64,000 bases of DNA from an uncultured Gammaproteobacteria bacterium (GTDB taxonomy: Bacteria > Patescibacteriota > Patescibacteriia > UBA10025 > JAHIVO01), in the NCBI GenBank assembly GCA_964592105.1, contig CAZQBL010000016.1:2560-66559 (forward strand), in the 5' to 3' direction. Shown here in pieces: positions 1 to 9,169 of this stretch; within the stretch, counting starts at the first letter, position 1, and each line of letters begins with the position of its first letter. Under the pieces are notes generated by a model. The model was not told the DNA's origin. It made no database searches and was given only the letters and a program-made list of their open reading frames with translations. Made by a program: the position numbers and the translations under genes.

Positions 1-132
1 CGAGAAACATCACGGTTCAGTCTGGTTCGAAAGCATCGAAGGTCGAGGAACAATTTTTTATTTTTCCTTGCCCATTGAGACACCGCGACCGCTCGGCACA
101 CAGTTTGAAAAATTTATTAAGAGTATTTAAAT

Positions 133-837
133 ATGGCTTTTCCTATCAGTGCGTTGATTGATTTTTGCAATAGTATAATCTGCGCTTACTGCAGCTATCA
201 GCTTTACCAATCTTTTAAAAAAGAATCGACCAATAAAATTATCCTATTTTTTTCCCAGGCCTATTTGTCTCTGGTTTTTTCGTATTTGTTTTTTTCTATC
301 CCGCGTTTGGCCGCTCCTGATAATTCATTTGTGGTCGGGGTGAGTTTTATCATCGCCCAAGCCTTTTTGTATGTAGCCTTGGCGTTATTTTCCCGGATTA
401 CGGTTTCATTCAAAAGCGTGGTTTGGTCTAGGCGGGTATTCGCCATACTATTACTGATCGCGTTGGTGGCCATATTTTTGAGCGTGATTTATTTCGGTTA
501 TCCTGAGTACAATTCGGCCACTGGCATTACCAATTGGAATATTAATCCGGTTGTTGGCATGTTTAGTTCCGCAATTTTCGTTGTGGCCCTAGTGCCAAGC
601 GCTTTGTTTTTTTTGTGGCAGGGGGGAAAATCACACGATGCGGCCGTGAAGATACGATCAATTTTGATTGGTTGTGGACTTTTACTTTTGATAATTACAG
701 CGTATACTTACTACACAGCCACTACTTCATTATCCATTCTTGTTTCCGATCTTTTCTCTCTTTTCTCGTATATCGTGATATTCGCGGGAGTAATTTATCG
801 AGGCAAAAAGTCAAATATTATCATAACTAATCAATAA
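133..837 (+). CDS. Stand-alone ~7-TM membrane protein, resembling a histidine-kinase N-terminal 7TM sensor domain
   Basis: 234 aa, about seven hydrophobic segments, no cytoplasmic kinase domain; ends 14 nt upstream of a receiver-domain gene. Confidence 0.6.
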   Translation: MAFPISALIDFCNSIICAYCSYQLYQSFKKESTNKIILFFSQAYLSLVFSYLFFSIPRLAAPDNSFVVGVSFIIAQAFLYVALALFSRITVSFKSVVWSRRVFAILLLIALVAIFLSVIYFGYPEYNSATGITNWNINPVVGMFSSAIFVVALVPSALFFLWQGGKSHDAAVKIRSILIGCGLLLLIITAYTYYTATTSLSILVSDLFSLFSYIVIFAGVIYRGKKSNIIITNQ

Positions 838-851
838 AATTTAGTGATACT

Positions 852-1685
852 ATGCCAAATAAAACCAAAATAGTGATCATCGAGGACGAGGAAATTTTGA
901 TTGAAGTCCTGTCAAAAAAACTGGAGACGGAAGGTTTTGAAGTGTATTGTGCTCCCGATGGTGAGGCCGGGTTAGAATTAGTGGATAAGGTATCACCCGA
1001 TCTTGTATTGCTAGATATTATCATGCCGCGCTTGAACGGCTATGAAGTCCTGGGCGTCTTGCAAAAAAAATATGGTTCACAAAAGATGCCCCCAGTGATT
1101 ATCATTTCCAACTCTGGCCAGCCAGTGGAAATAGACAAGGCTATCGCTTTAGGCGCCAGAGATTATATTGTGAAGGCGCAATTTACTCCTGAAGAGGTTA
1201 CGGAAAAAGTGCGTAAGGTTTTGGGAACGGTAAACGTTTCGACTCAAGCCAGGTCCGCGGAATCAACAGTTAAAGTCAGGGAACAAAAAACCAATCAGAA
1301 TCCGGAGGCTCACATTTTAGTGGTAGAAGATGATCAGTTTCTGCGCGATCTGTTGACCACCAAGCTGGAAAAAGAAAATTTTCAGGTAACCAGCGCTATT
1401 GACGGACCAGCCGGATTGGAGAAAATTATCAAAGAGCGCCCTGAGGTTGTGCTGTTGGATATTATTTTGCCGGGTATCGACGGTTTTGAGGTATTGAAAC
1501 GGATACGTTCAAATTCCAATATGCAATTAGCCAGCTTGCCCATAATCCTGTTGTCCAACCTCGGTCAGGAAGCTGATATCGAAAAAGGTCGGGCTTTGGG
1601 GGCCAATGACTATTTGATAAAATCGAATTTCACTATTGACGAGATAATAGAAAAAGTCAGAAAAATATTGAATACGAAAAAATAG
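852..1685 (+). CDS. Response regulator with two tandem receiver domains and no output domain
   Basis: Two REC repeats: IVIIEDE..LLDIIMP..IISN..GARDYIVK and ILVVEDD..LLDIILP..LLSN..GANDYLIK. Confidence 0.92.
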   Translation: MPNKTKIVIIEDEEILIEVLSKKLETEGFEVYCAPDGEAGLELVDKVSPDLVLLDIIMPRLNGYEVLGVLQKKYGSQKMPPVIIISNSGQPVEIDKAIALGARDYIVKAQFTPEEVTEKVRKVLGTVNVSTQARSAESTVKVREQKTNQNPEAHILVVEDDQFLRDLLTTKLEKENFQVTSAIDGPAGLEKIIKERPEVVLLDIILPGIDGFEVLKRIRSNSNMQLASLPIILLSNLGQEADIEKGRALGANDYLIKSNFTIDEIIEKVRKILNTKK

Positions 1686-1757
1686 CTTGGGAAACTATTA
1701 AGGCCCCAAATAACGTCAATTTTTTTGAAATTTAGGCTTTTTAAGTTCGGCAGCTGC

Positions 1758-3062
1758 TTACAAGTAAGTTAGCGGATTCACTTTTTTTCCGTTGACGATG
1801 ACCTCAAAATGCAGATGTGTGCCGGTGCACCAACCTGTGCAGCCGACGATGCCGATAGTCTGTCCCCGTTTGACGGAATCCCCGACCCTCACAAAGATTT
1901 TACTGGCATGGGCGTAAAGTGTTTTTATGCCGCTACCGTTATTAACGACAATATGCAGACCATAGCCCCGCGCTTTGCTGTCGGCTCTTTCTACACGGCC
2001 GTCATCGGCAGCGTAAATGGGCGAAGAGTAGTTTCCGTCAATATCCAAACCGGTATGTCGGAGTTTGTAGTACTGATTTATTTTGTGACTGGTAGTCGGC
2101 CACAGCAAGCGTGAACCTGAATCAGTTCGACTGGGTGGCGGAGCGTCCAAAATGCTTAAAATAGCAAATTTTGAGCTATTTGAAGAAATCTGAGGCTTTG
2201 GTTCTTCCGGCATCGAGCCGCCTGGAATAATGAGAATTTGGTCTTGGTTAATGGCTGAAGCATCAGCCAGTTTATTGTAATCCATGATGGTGGCCACCTG
2301 GACTCCGTATTTTTGAGCAATTTTATCCAGGGTGTCGCCCTTTTTTACTTGGTGGGAGACTCCTGACTGAGGCAGAATAGTTAGCCGGTCGCCTGGTTTA
2401 ATATAGTCGCGAGGCCCCAGTTTGTTTTCCCAAAGAATCGTATTTGTCGAGATGCCGAATTTTTCGGCGATAGCGCTGATGGTATCCCCGCCCTGGACAA
2501 TGTAGTATTCCACTGACTCTCGGGGTCTGTTTCCTAAGGTGGTACTGGCTAATTCCGGTTTGACCAAGGAACCGCTGCTCTCGGAGGTGATGATACTTGT
2601 ATTTTCATCGGAAAGAGCCGTAATCATGCTCTGGGTCCCGTCAGTGGCTTTGAGCATAGCCAAACCCCGATTTGTAGCCGCTTTTTTGACTTCGTCGATT
2701 GCCGTTTCTGTAATTGTTTTATCGTAAGGATCCATGGTCAGTGAGGCGATAATAGTATTTTGTTCGAATCCCTCAGCACGAATCTCCCGAACATGGATAT
2801 TGTTTATTACTACGCCCACGGTAATGATAATAATGATAATGTGAATGGTCGATTTGTTCAGTAAGGGGTAAATTATTTTATTTTTAGCCGGAGCGAAAAT
2901 AAGAGTCAGCCATTTTTTTAGATTGAAGTAAACTTTATAAAGCGGCACCAGTAACTTTCTAAAGATAAAAATTCCTGCCAGTGTTGAAGGCTTGAGAACT
3001 GCCAGGGAAAAAAGTTGCCCCAAGGATTTTCCGATGAAGGCGCAAAAGTTTAGAAATTTCAA
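1758..3062 (-). CDS. LysM-LysM-M23 peptidoglycan endopeptidase with N-terminal membrane anchor
   Basis: LysM repeats YIVQGGDTISAIAEKFGIS and HQVKKGDTLDKIAQKYGV; M23 motifs HTGLD, YAH, HLHFEV; start codon uncertain. Confidence 0.9.
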   Translation of the reverse strand: MKFLNFCAFIGKSLGQLFSLAVLKPSTLAGIFIFRKLLVPLYKVYFNLKKWLTLIFAPAKNKIIYPLLNKSTIHIIIIIITVGVVINNIHVREIRAEGFEQNTIIASLTMDPYDKTITETAIDEVKKAATNRGLAMLKATDGTQSMITALSDENTSIITSESSGSLVKPELASTTLGNRPRESVEYYIVQGGDTISAIAEKFGISTNTILWENKLGPRDYIKPGDRLTILPQSGVSHQVKKGDTLDKIAQKYGVQVATIMDYNKLADASAINQDQILIIPGGSMPEEPKPQISSNSSKFAILSILDAPPPSRTDSGSRLLWPTTSHKINQYYKLRHTGLDIDGNYSSPIYAADDGRVERADSKARGYGLHIVVNNGSGIKTLYAHASKIFVRVGDSVKRGQTIGIVGCTGWCTGTHLHFEVIVNGKKVNPLTYL

Positions 3063-3178
3063 TAGGGCTTCTAGAATAATCTTTTTTGCTCGCCAGCTAA
3101 TAAGGTTATTCTTAGTTAGTTAAGCTTATTTTTAGGCTAAACTTGGTAAAAACGTAAATGAAAAAAAGATCAGCAATT

Positions 3179-3207
3179 ATCATACCATGGGCCGAAGCCC
3201 TTGTCAA
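3179..3207 (-). promoter_or_regulatory. sigma70-type promoter for the LysM-M23 gene
   Basis: Minus strand TTGACA (3207-3202), 17 nt spacer, TATGAT (3184-3179) with extended -10 TG. Confidence 0.7.
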
Positions 3208-3282
3208 TTATGTGGAGATTAATTTGTTTTTGGTCCGGTTGTATTGAATTTGCTAAGTAAAAATGATAAGCTTTAGCTAACT

Positions 3283-6200
3283 ATGATTGAAAAATATAAT
3301 CATTTGTCATTGGAAAAAAAGTGGCAAAAGGTCTGGGAGAAAAGTCGCTCGTGGAAAGTTACAGAGCTAAAAACTGCAAAAAAGTTTTATGTTCTAGATA
3401 TGTTCCCCTATCCTTCGGCCGAAGGATTGCACGTCGGTCATCCAGAAGGTTATACGGCCACCGACATTGTTTCTCGTTTTTTGCGCCTTAAGGGTTATAA
3501 TGTTTTGCATCCTATGGGCTGGGACGCTTTTGGTTTGCCGGCGGAGAATTACGCCATTAAAACCGGTATTCATCCTAAAGAGATAACCAAGAAAAATATC
3601 AAGAATTTCAAGCGACAGATAAAGTCTCTGGGGTTTTCTTACGACTGGTCGCGGGAAATTAATACCACTGACCCCGAATACTATAAATGGACGCAGTGGA
3701 TTTTTTTGCAGATGTATAAGAAAGGTCTGGCTTATGAAGCGGTGGTGCCTATTAATTGGTGCCCGTCATGTAAAACAGGTCTAGCTAATGAAGAGGTGGT
3801 CAGCGGCCAGTGCGAGCGATGCGGCACGGCGGTGGTCAAGAAAGATATGCGCCAGTGGATGTTACGCATTACAAAATATGCGGATAGGCTCTTAGCCGGA
3901 TTGGATAATCTGGACTGGCCGGAGCCGATAAAATTATTGCAACGAAATTGGATCGGCCGCAGTGAAGGGGTGATAGTTAGTTTTTCTGTTATGGCGAGTC
4001 CCGTAATTCAGCGGGGCAATCCCCGCGAAGTGATCTCGTCTAGAAAGGGGATTAAAACTGAGATTGACATGTCGTCCCACCGGGCCGGGTCTCCTTGCAA
4101 TGGCACCTTTGGAGTTATTGAAGTTTTTACTACCCGGGTAGACACTTTGTTCGGTGTGACCTATTTGGTGTTAGCTCCGGAGCATCCTATAGTGGCGCGT
4201 AGCGCGTCGCAATTGGTCAATCGCTCAGAGGTGGAAAAATACGTTGCCCAGGCAAAAAGCAAATCCGATTTGGAAAGGACTTCATTGGCAAAAGACAAAA
4301 CCGGAGTTGAATTAAAAGGTCTTCATGCCATTAATCCGGGAACCGGCAAGAAGATCCCAATCTGGGTGTCTGATTATGTGTTGATTTCGTATGGCACCGG
4401 AGCGGTTATGGCCGTACCCGCGCATGATATTAGAGATTTTCAATTTGCGAATGAGCAGATTAAGAAGGGCGCAAAAATAGAAATAAAGAATGTTATTGCC
4501 CCGAAATCATCAAAAAGTTTAAATCCAGCCAATATATTTAATTTTACCCTTCGTTCCCATCAGCCAAGTGGAGGAAGGGAATGGGACGAAGAAATCGAAT
4601 ACCAGGAACTTTTAAACGGAAAAAGGTGTTATATCGGAGGTGGTATACTTAGAAATTCCGAAACTTATAATGGCTTGTCTTCTGAGGAAGGCGGTAAAAA
4701 AATTACCGAATGGCTTGAAAAAAATAATATCGGTAGAAAATCAGTTAATTATAAACTTCGCGACTGGGTTTTTTCTCGCCAGCGGTATTGGGGCGAGCCG
4801 ATACCTCTCGTGCATTGTGACTACTGTAAAAAGGAAGTCACCGAGACAAAACATTATTTGAATTTTTACGACCAGGAAATGTGGAGATTGCTGAAAAGTG
4901 GTGTTAAAACAGTGGAAACACGCGCTCTAAACCCGGATGAACAGGCGAGATTTTTTGGTCGGATAAAAAGCGGTGACTATATCAAGTGTATAAATAAGAT
5001 AAGTGAGGAGGTTTTATTTGTCAAAGTTATTGAGAGTCGAACTTTTAAAAATTTGAAAGAATTTTTTGGCGCAACCGATCTGATTAGTGGTGTTAAAGGC
5101 ACAGTTTTTAACACTTATGAAGAATTATTTGGTTTTTACCAGCGGCTTGCTCCTGATTATGAGAAGAAAATCGAAAAGAACGGTTTAATTGCCTGGCGGA
5201 TTCAAGTTTTAACCCCGGGCGTAGTGCCAGTTCCGGAGGATCAATTGCCTGTAAAATTACCCGATGTAAAAAAATACGAGCCAACCGGCACAGGCGAGTC
5301 GCCGCTGGCCACTATTGAAGATTGGGTCAAGGTGAGGTGTCCAAAATGTAAAAAGGAGGCTAGGCGTGAGACTAATACTATGCCTCAATGGGCCGGTTCG
5401 TGCTGGTATTATCTGCGCTATTTGGATCCGACCAATAAAAAAGAATTGGTTAGTCCGTCCAAGGAGAAATACTGGATGGGTAAAAACGGCATCGATTTAT
5501 ACGTGGGCGGGGCGGAACATGCTGTTCTACACCTTTTGTACGCGAGATTTTGGCACATGTTTCTTTTTGATCTTGGCGTGGTTTCGACACCAGAGCCGTT
5601 TTGCAAGTTAAGGAATCAGGGCATGATTTTGGGTGAAGATGGTCAAAAAATGTCCAAGTCGCGCGGCAATGTCATCAATCCCGACGAGGTGATTAAGGAA
5701 TTCGGAGCAGACAGCATGCGTATGTACGAAATGTTCATGGGGCCGTTTGCTGCGGTTAAACCATGGTCTCAGCAGGGTATTCGGGGCGTATATCGGTTTT
5801 TACAACGCGTTTGGCAATTACAGGATAAAGTCAAGGGGATCAGCTGTCCTTTACCGTTGGAGAAATTGCGACATAGGCTTATTAAAAAAATAACTAAAGA
5901 CATTGAAACTTATAATTTCAATACCGCGGTCAGCACCTTCATGGAGACGGTTAATATGATAGCCAAGGAAGAGTTTGTGCCCAAAGTTTTTTGGAGAACT
6001 TTTTTGATATTACTCAAACCATTTGCTCCACACCTAGCTGAGGAGTTGTGGTCGCGCCTGGGGCATGAAAAAAACATAACTGTTGAACGCTGGCCGAATT
6101 ATAATGAGGCCTTGATTAAGGAGGATAAAGTTGAACTGATTGTTCAGGTCAATGGCAAGCTTCGCGATAGAATAAAAGTCCCCGCCTCAAGTCAGGCCGA

Positions 6201-6309
6201 GGAAGTAAAAAAAATAGCTCTGACATCAGAAAAAATAAAAAAATACGTATCCGGCGAACCGAAAAAAGTAATTTTCGTACCAAACAGGCTGATTAATTTC
6301 GTTGTTTAG
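3283..6309 (+). CDS. leuS: Leucine--tRNA ligase with extra insertions
   Basis: MFPYPSAEGLHVGH (HIGH), GWDAFGLPAEN, CP1 editing GTGAVMAVPAHD, DWVFSRQRYWGEPIP, KMSKS, C-terminal VQVNGKLR. Confidence 0.97.
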   Translation: MIEKYNHLSLEKKWQKVWEKSRSWKVTELKTAKKFYVLDMFPYPSAEGLHVGHPEGYTATDIVSRFLRLKGYNVLHPMGWDAFGLPAENYAIKTGIHPKEITKKNIKNFKRQIKSLGFSYDWSREINTTDPEYYKWTQWIFLQMYKKGLAYEAVVPINWCPSCKTGLANEEVVSGQCERCGTAVVKKDMRQWMLRITKYADRLLAGLDNLDWPEPIKLLQRNWIGRSEGVIVSFSVMASPVIQRGNPREVISSRKGIKTEIDMSSHRAGSPCNGTFGVIEVFTTRVDTLFGVTYLVLAPEHPIVARSASQLVNRSEVEKYVAQAKSKSDLERTSLAKDKTGVELKGLHAINPGTGKKIPIWVSDYVLISYGTGAVMAVPAHDIRDFQFANEQIKKGAKIEIKNVIAPKSSKSLNPANIFNFTLRSHQPSGGREWDEEIEYQELLNGKRCYIGGGILRNSETYNGLSSEEGGKKITEWLEKNNIGRKSVNYKLRDWVFSRQRYWGEPIPLVHCDYCKKEVTETKHYLNFYDQEMWRLLKSGVKTVETRALNPDEQARFFGRIKSGDYIKCINKISEEVLFVKVIESRTFKNLKEFFGATDLISGVKGTVFNTYEELFGFYQRLAPDYEKKIEKNGLIAWRIQVLTPGVVPVPEDQLPVKLPDVKKYEPTGTGESPLATIEDWVKVRCPKCKKEARRETNTMPQWAGSCWYYLRYLDPTNKKELVSPSKEKYWMGKNGIDLYVGGAEHAVLHLLYARFWHMFLFDLGVVSTPEPFCKLRNQGMILGEDGQKMSKSRGNVINPDEVIKEFGADSMRMYEMFMGPFAAVKPWSQQGIRGVYRFLQRVWQLQDKVKGISCPLPLEKLRHRLIKKITKDIETYNFNTAVSTFMETVNMIAKEEFVPKVFWRTFLILLKPFAPHLAEELWSRLGHEKNITVERWPNYNEALIKEDKVELIVQVNGKLRDRIKVPASSQAEEVKKIALTSEKIKKYVSGEPKKVIFVPNRLINFVV
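3987..4105 (+). repeat. Degenerate palindromic (RPE/REP-like) element lying in frame inside leuS
   Basis: Ends TGTTATGGCGAG...CTTGCAATGGCA pair with G-U wobbles; internal GCGGGG-CAAT-CCCCGC hairpin; GATCTC/GAGATT arms. Confidence 0.6.
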
Positions 6310-6394
6310 TTGTCGAGATATCGCCTAAATGAATTTTTAATTCACGAATCGACACTAATTAGATTTTAATTGGTAAGTAAGTCATAAATAAGTG

Positions 6395-6455
6395 TTGCTG
6401 TCTCGCCCCCTAATTCCCCGAATTTAATTTAAAGTTAGATTGGGAGGGGCAGCAA
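6395..6455 (+). other. Intergenic stem-loop after leuS
   Basis: TTGCTGTCTC..CCTAATT pairs with GATTGGG..GGGGCAGCAA, with G-U pairs on the plus strand. Confidence 0.4.
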
Positions 6456-6488
6456 GACAATAGATTAATGGATGCTTAATAAAAAAAC

Positions 6489-6959
6489 ATGGTTCCTAAA
6501 ACACAAATAATTTACAATTACGATTACGCTAAACGACTTTATCGTGGTCAGGAAAATTTTGAGTATGTCTGGCAGAGGATAATCGACCTTGGTGGGGATT
6601 TTGAAAAAATATACGATGAATACATAATTTTTTTGCTAGAGAAAGTGGAAAAATATACTGGTTTTGTTTGGGCAGAGATGACTCCTGATTTTTTACCTAT
6701 TTATATGGCCGACTGCGAAACTTCTTTCACGCCGCCACTGACCCTGACTGTTGATGAAAATCCGGCGGCCATGTTGGAGGACTTAATTTATCAGCTGGTA
6801 CACCAGAATATGTCGTTTGGTTTCATAAACGAAGAAGAGCGGAATAAATGTTATTCTCTGGTGACTGACAGAATAATGTTCGATTTGGGTTTAAAGGAAA
6901 AAGGAAACGAGGAATGGGATTTGACTAAAAAGACAATTAAAGAGTATTTGAAAAAATAA
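6489..6959 (+). CDS. Hypothetical protein
   Basis: 156-aa ORF, ends 5 nt before tsaC; no motif recognised. Confidence 0.7.
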   Translation: MVPKTQIIYNYDYAKRLYRGQENFEYVWQRIIDLGGDFEKIYDEYIIFLLEKVEKYTGFVWAEMTPDFLPIYMADCETSFTPPLTLTVDENPAAMLEDLIYQLVHQNMSFGFINEEERNKCYSLVTDRIMFDLGLKEKGNEEWDLTKKTIKEYLKK

Positions 6960-6964
6960 GAATT

Positions 6965-7588
6965 ATGGAAATCGTAAAAATCAATCTGCATAAGCCGGAA
7001 TTGAGCGTCATTAAACAAGCGGCCGGGATTATTTTAGCGGGCGGCGTGGTGGCTTATCCGACTGATACGGCTTATGGTTTGGCAGCAGACGCTCTTAATG
7101 AAGAGGCGATCGGCAAGCTGTTTATTATTAAACATCGGATCCAAAAGCCATTACCGGTGATTGTCGATTCTCTAAAAATGTTGGCCCAGATAGCACAGGT
7201 CACGGATAAGGAAAAAAGTCTGATCAGCAAGCACTGGCCCGGGCCATTGACTATAATTTTTAAAAAAAAGGACTGTGTGCCGTCATTTTTGACACTGGGA
7301 CTTCCGACCATCGGCGTCCGCATACCCGATAGTAAAGTGGCCATGGCGATTATAAAAACCTGCAACAAACCCTTGACCTCGACAAGCGCTAATATTTCCG
7401 GTCGGGGAAATTGTTATACCACCGAATGTGTACTCCATATGTTCCAAGACCAGGAGACTCAGCCGGATTTGCTGCTGGACGCTGGTGAGTTGCCGGAGGT
7501 GCCGGTTTCGACGGTGGTCCAGGTTACGGATAAGGGACCAAAAGTTTTGCGTCAAGGACCGGTTAAAATAAAACAGCATGTTAAATAA
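6965..7588 (+). CDS. tsaC: Threonylcarbamoyl-AMP synthase (Sua5/YrdC/TsaC family)
   Basis: GGVVAYPTDTAYGL, KHR..KPL, WPGPLT, IGVRIP, STSANISG, STVV, LRQG. Confidence 0.93.
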   Translation: MEIVKINLHKPELSVIKQAAGIILAGGVVAYPTDTAYGLAADALNEEAIGKLFIIKHRIQKPLPVIVDSLKMLAQIAQVTDKEKSLISKHWPGPLTIIFKKKDCVPSFLTLGLPTIGVRIPDSKVAMAIIKTCNKPLTSTSANISGRGNCYTTECVLHMFQDQETQPDLLLDAGELPEVPVSTVVQVTDKGPKVLRQGPVKIKQHVK

Positions 7589-8756
7589 ATTTAAATCTAT
7601 TGTTCATATTCCCCACTATTTTGCCAAACACCCATCTCGCGCTTTGGTGGAGTTGTATTGGGCCGTGGGCATGAATGATTTAGCTCGAGCATCCGTATCG
7701 TTGTTTGAGCCCATTTATCTTTATACCATTGGTTACTCGGTCAAGCAGATAATATTTTTTTATTTATTAGTTTATAGTGGCTATGGGTTGCTCCTGCCAT
7801 TTTTTGGTAAATTGGTTGGGCGCTTGGGATTTGAGCATTCGATTTTTTATAGTCAATTTTTTCAAATCGGTTATTATTTGACACTTTTTGGAATTTCCAA
7901 ATTCAGCTTTCTGTTTTTTGTTTCGCCTTTCGTTTTTTCCGTCCAGAAATGTCTTTATTGGCCCGCTTATCATGCTGATTTTGCAGTTTTTTCCTCGGAT
8001 GAGCAGCGCGGTCGTGAAGTGGGCGGCGTGGAAACCTTGAGCATGATAATGTTTATTGTTGGTCCGTTTATCGGCGGCGTCATTCTGGAATTGACCAATT
8101 TCAGCGTATTATTTGTCGTGGTGGCCGGACTTTTTATTCTTTCGGCTTTGCCGCTCTTGCGCATTAAGGAGGTGCACGATCGCGTGGAATTCTCTTACAG
8201 CGATGTTTTTAAGCAGTTGATTGATTCAAAACACCGCCGCAATTTCTTGGCTTATCTGGGGTTTGGTGAAGAGCTGATCGTCCTGTCGCTCTGGCCGATA
8301 TTCATTTACGTAGTTATTAAAGATTACTTGGATATTGGGGCGGTAGTGGCGCTGGCTACTTTAATCACCAGCTTTATTGTTTTGTATTTAGGGCGTTTGG
8401 CCGATAAATACAAAAAGGAACACATTATCCGTTGGGGCAGTGTTTTTTATTCCCTCGTTTGGTTATTGCGCACCATGGCTAGCAGCACTTGGCATGTTTT
8501 TGGGCTGGATACATCTTCACGTATTGCCAAGGAGGCCCTGATTGTACCGTTGGTGGCTACAACATACAGTAATGCTAGAAAAACAGAAGTACTTTCCTAT
8601 GTGGTTTTTTATGAGCAGTCGATTGCCATTACCAAATTTTTTACGGCAGCGTTGTTGCTTTCGATACTGCAGTTTGTTAGCACTCCCTGGACCGCGATTT
8701 TCGCAGTAGCCGCGGTTTTTTCGTTATTATATATGTTATTGAAAGAGAATGTATAA
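7578..8756 (+). CDS. MFS transporter
   Basis: About 12 TM segments; GKLVGRLG and GRLADKYKK loop motifs; GPFIGG. Confidence 0.85.
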   Translation: MLNKFKSIVHIPHYFAKHPSRALVELYWAVGMNDLARASVSLFEPIYLYTIGYSVKQIIFFYLLVYSGYGLLLPFFGKLVGRLGFEHSIFYSQFFQIGYYLTLFGISKFSFLFFVSPFVFSVQKCLYWPAYHADFAVFSSDEQRGREVGGVETLSMIMFIVGPFIGGVILELTNFSVLFVVVAGLFILSALPLLRIKEVHDRVEFSYSDVFKQLIDSKHRRNFLAYLGFGEELIVLSLWPIFIYVVIKDYLDIGAVVALATLITSFIVLYLGRLADKYKKEHIIRWGSVFYSLVWLLRTMASSTWHVFGLDTSSRIAKEALIVPLVATTYSNARKTEVLSYVVFYEQSIAITKFFTAALLLSILQFVSTPWTAIFAVAAVFSLLYMLLKENV

Positions 8757-8769
8757 TGAATAATTTATA

Positions 8770-9134
8770 ATGTATAATTTTAAGAAATATCAGGATTTGG
8801 ACATCTGGAAAAAATTTTTTGTATTTGGGTTAATGATATTTAGTTTGTGTAAGAAAATTGATCATAATGCGATTAATAAAGTATTGATCAATCAGATAAT
8901 CAGATCAGTTACCTCTATTGCCGGTAATATCGCCGAGGGATCAAGCGCGTTGATCAGGAGGAATTTTATCAATTATTTGATAACGCTTCGTAAATCCGCC
9001 ATTGGACCGATAACTGGCCTGATTTTTACTTTTGCTAATAATAAAATTTGGAGAAAATCTCAAGCATTACTAAAACTAAAATCATAGGAAATAATTAAAA
9101 TTTCGCCACGATTATAGAGAATTCTAGAGAATAA
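8770..9134 (+). pseudogene. Frameshifted four-helix-bundle protein (23S rRNA IVP / TIGR02436-like)
   Basis: KYQDLDIWKK, NQIIRSVTSIAGNIAEG, FINYL..LRKSA; the expected ETxxWL and the EIIKI..ATIIENSRE* tail are broken across frames. Confidence 0.75.
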
Positions 9135-9169
9135 TTATACATTATTCATTATAAATTATATATTGCTTA

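Noticed and set aside
4828-5217. Intein in LeuRS
   Set aside because: No C-terminal His-Asn followed by Cys/Ser/Thr and no LAGLIDADG motif; the insert looks like ASCH
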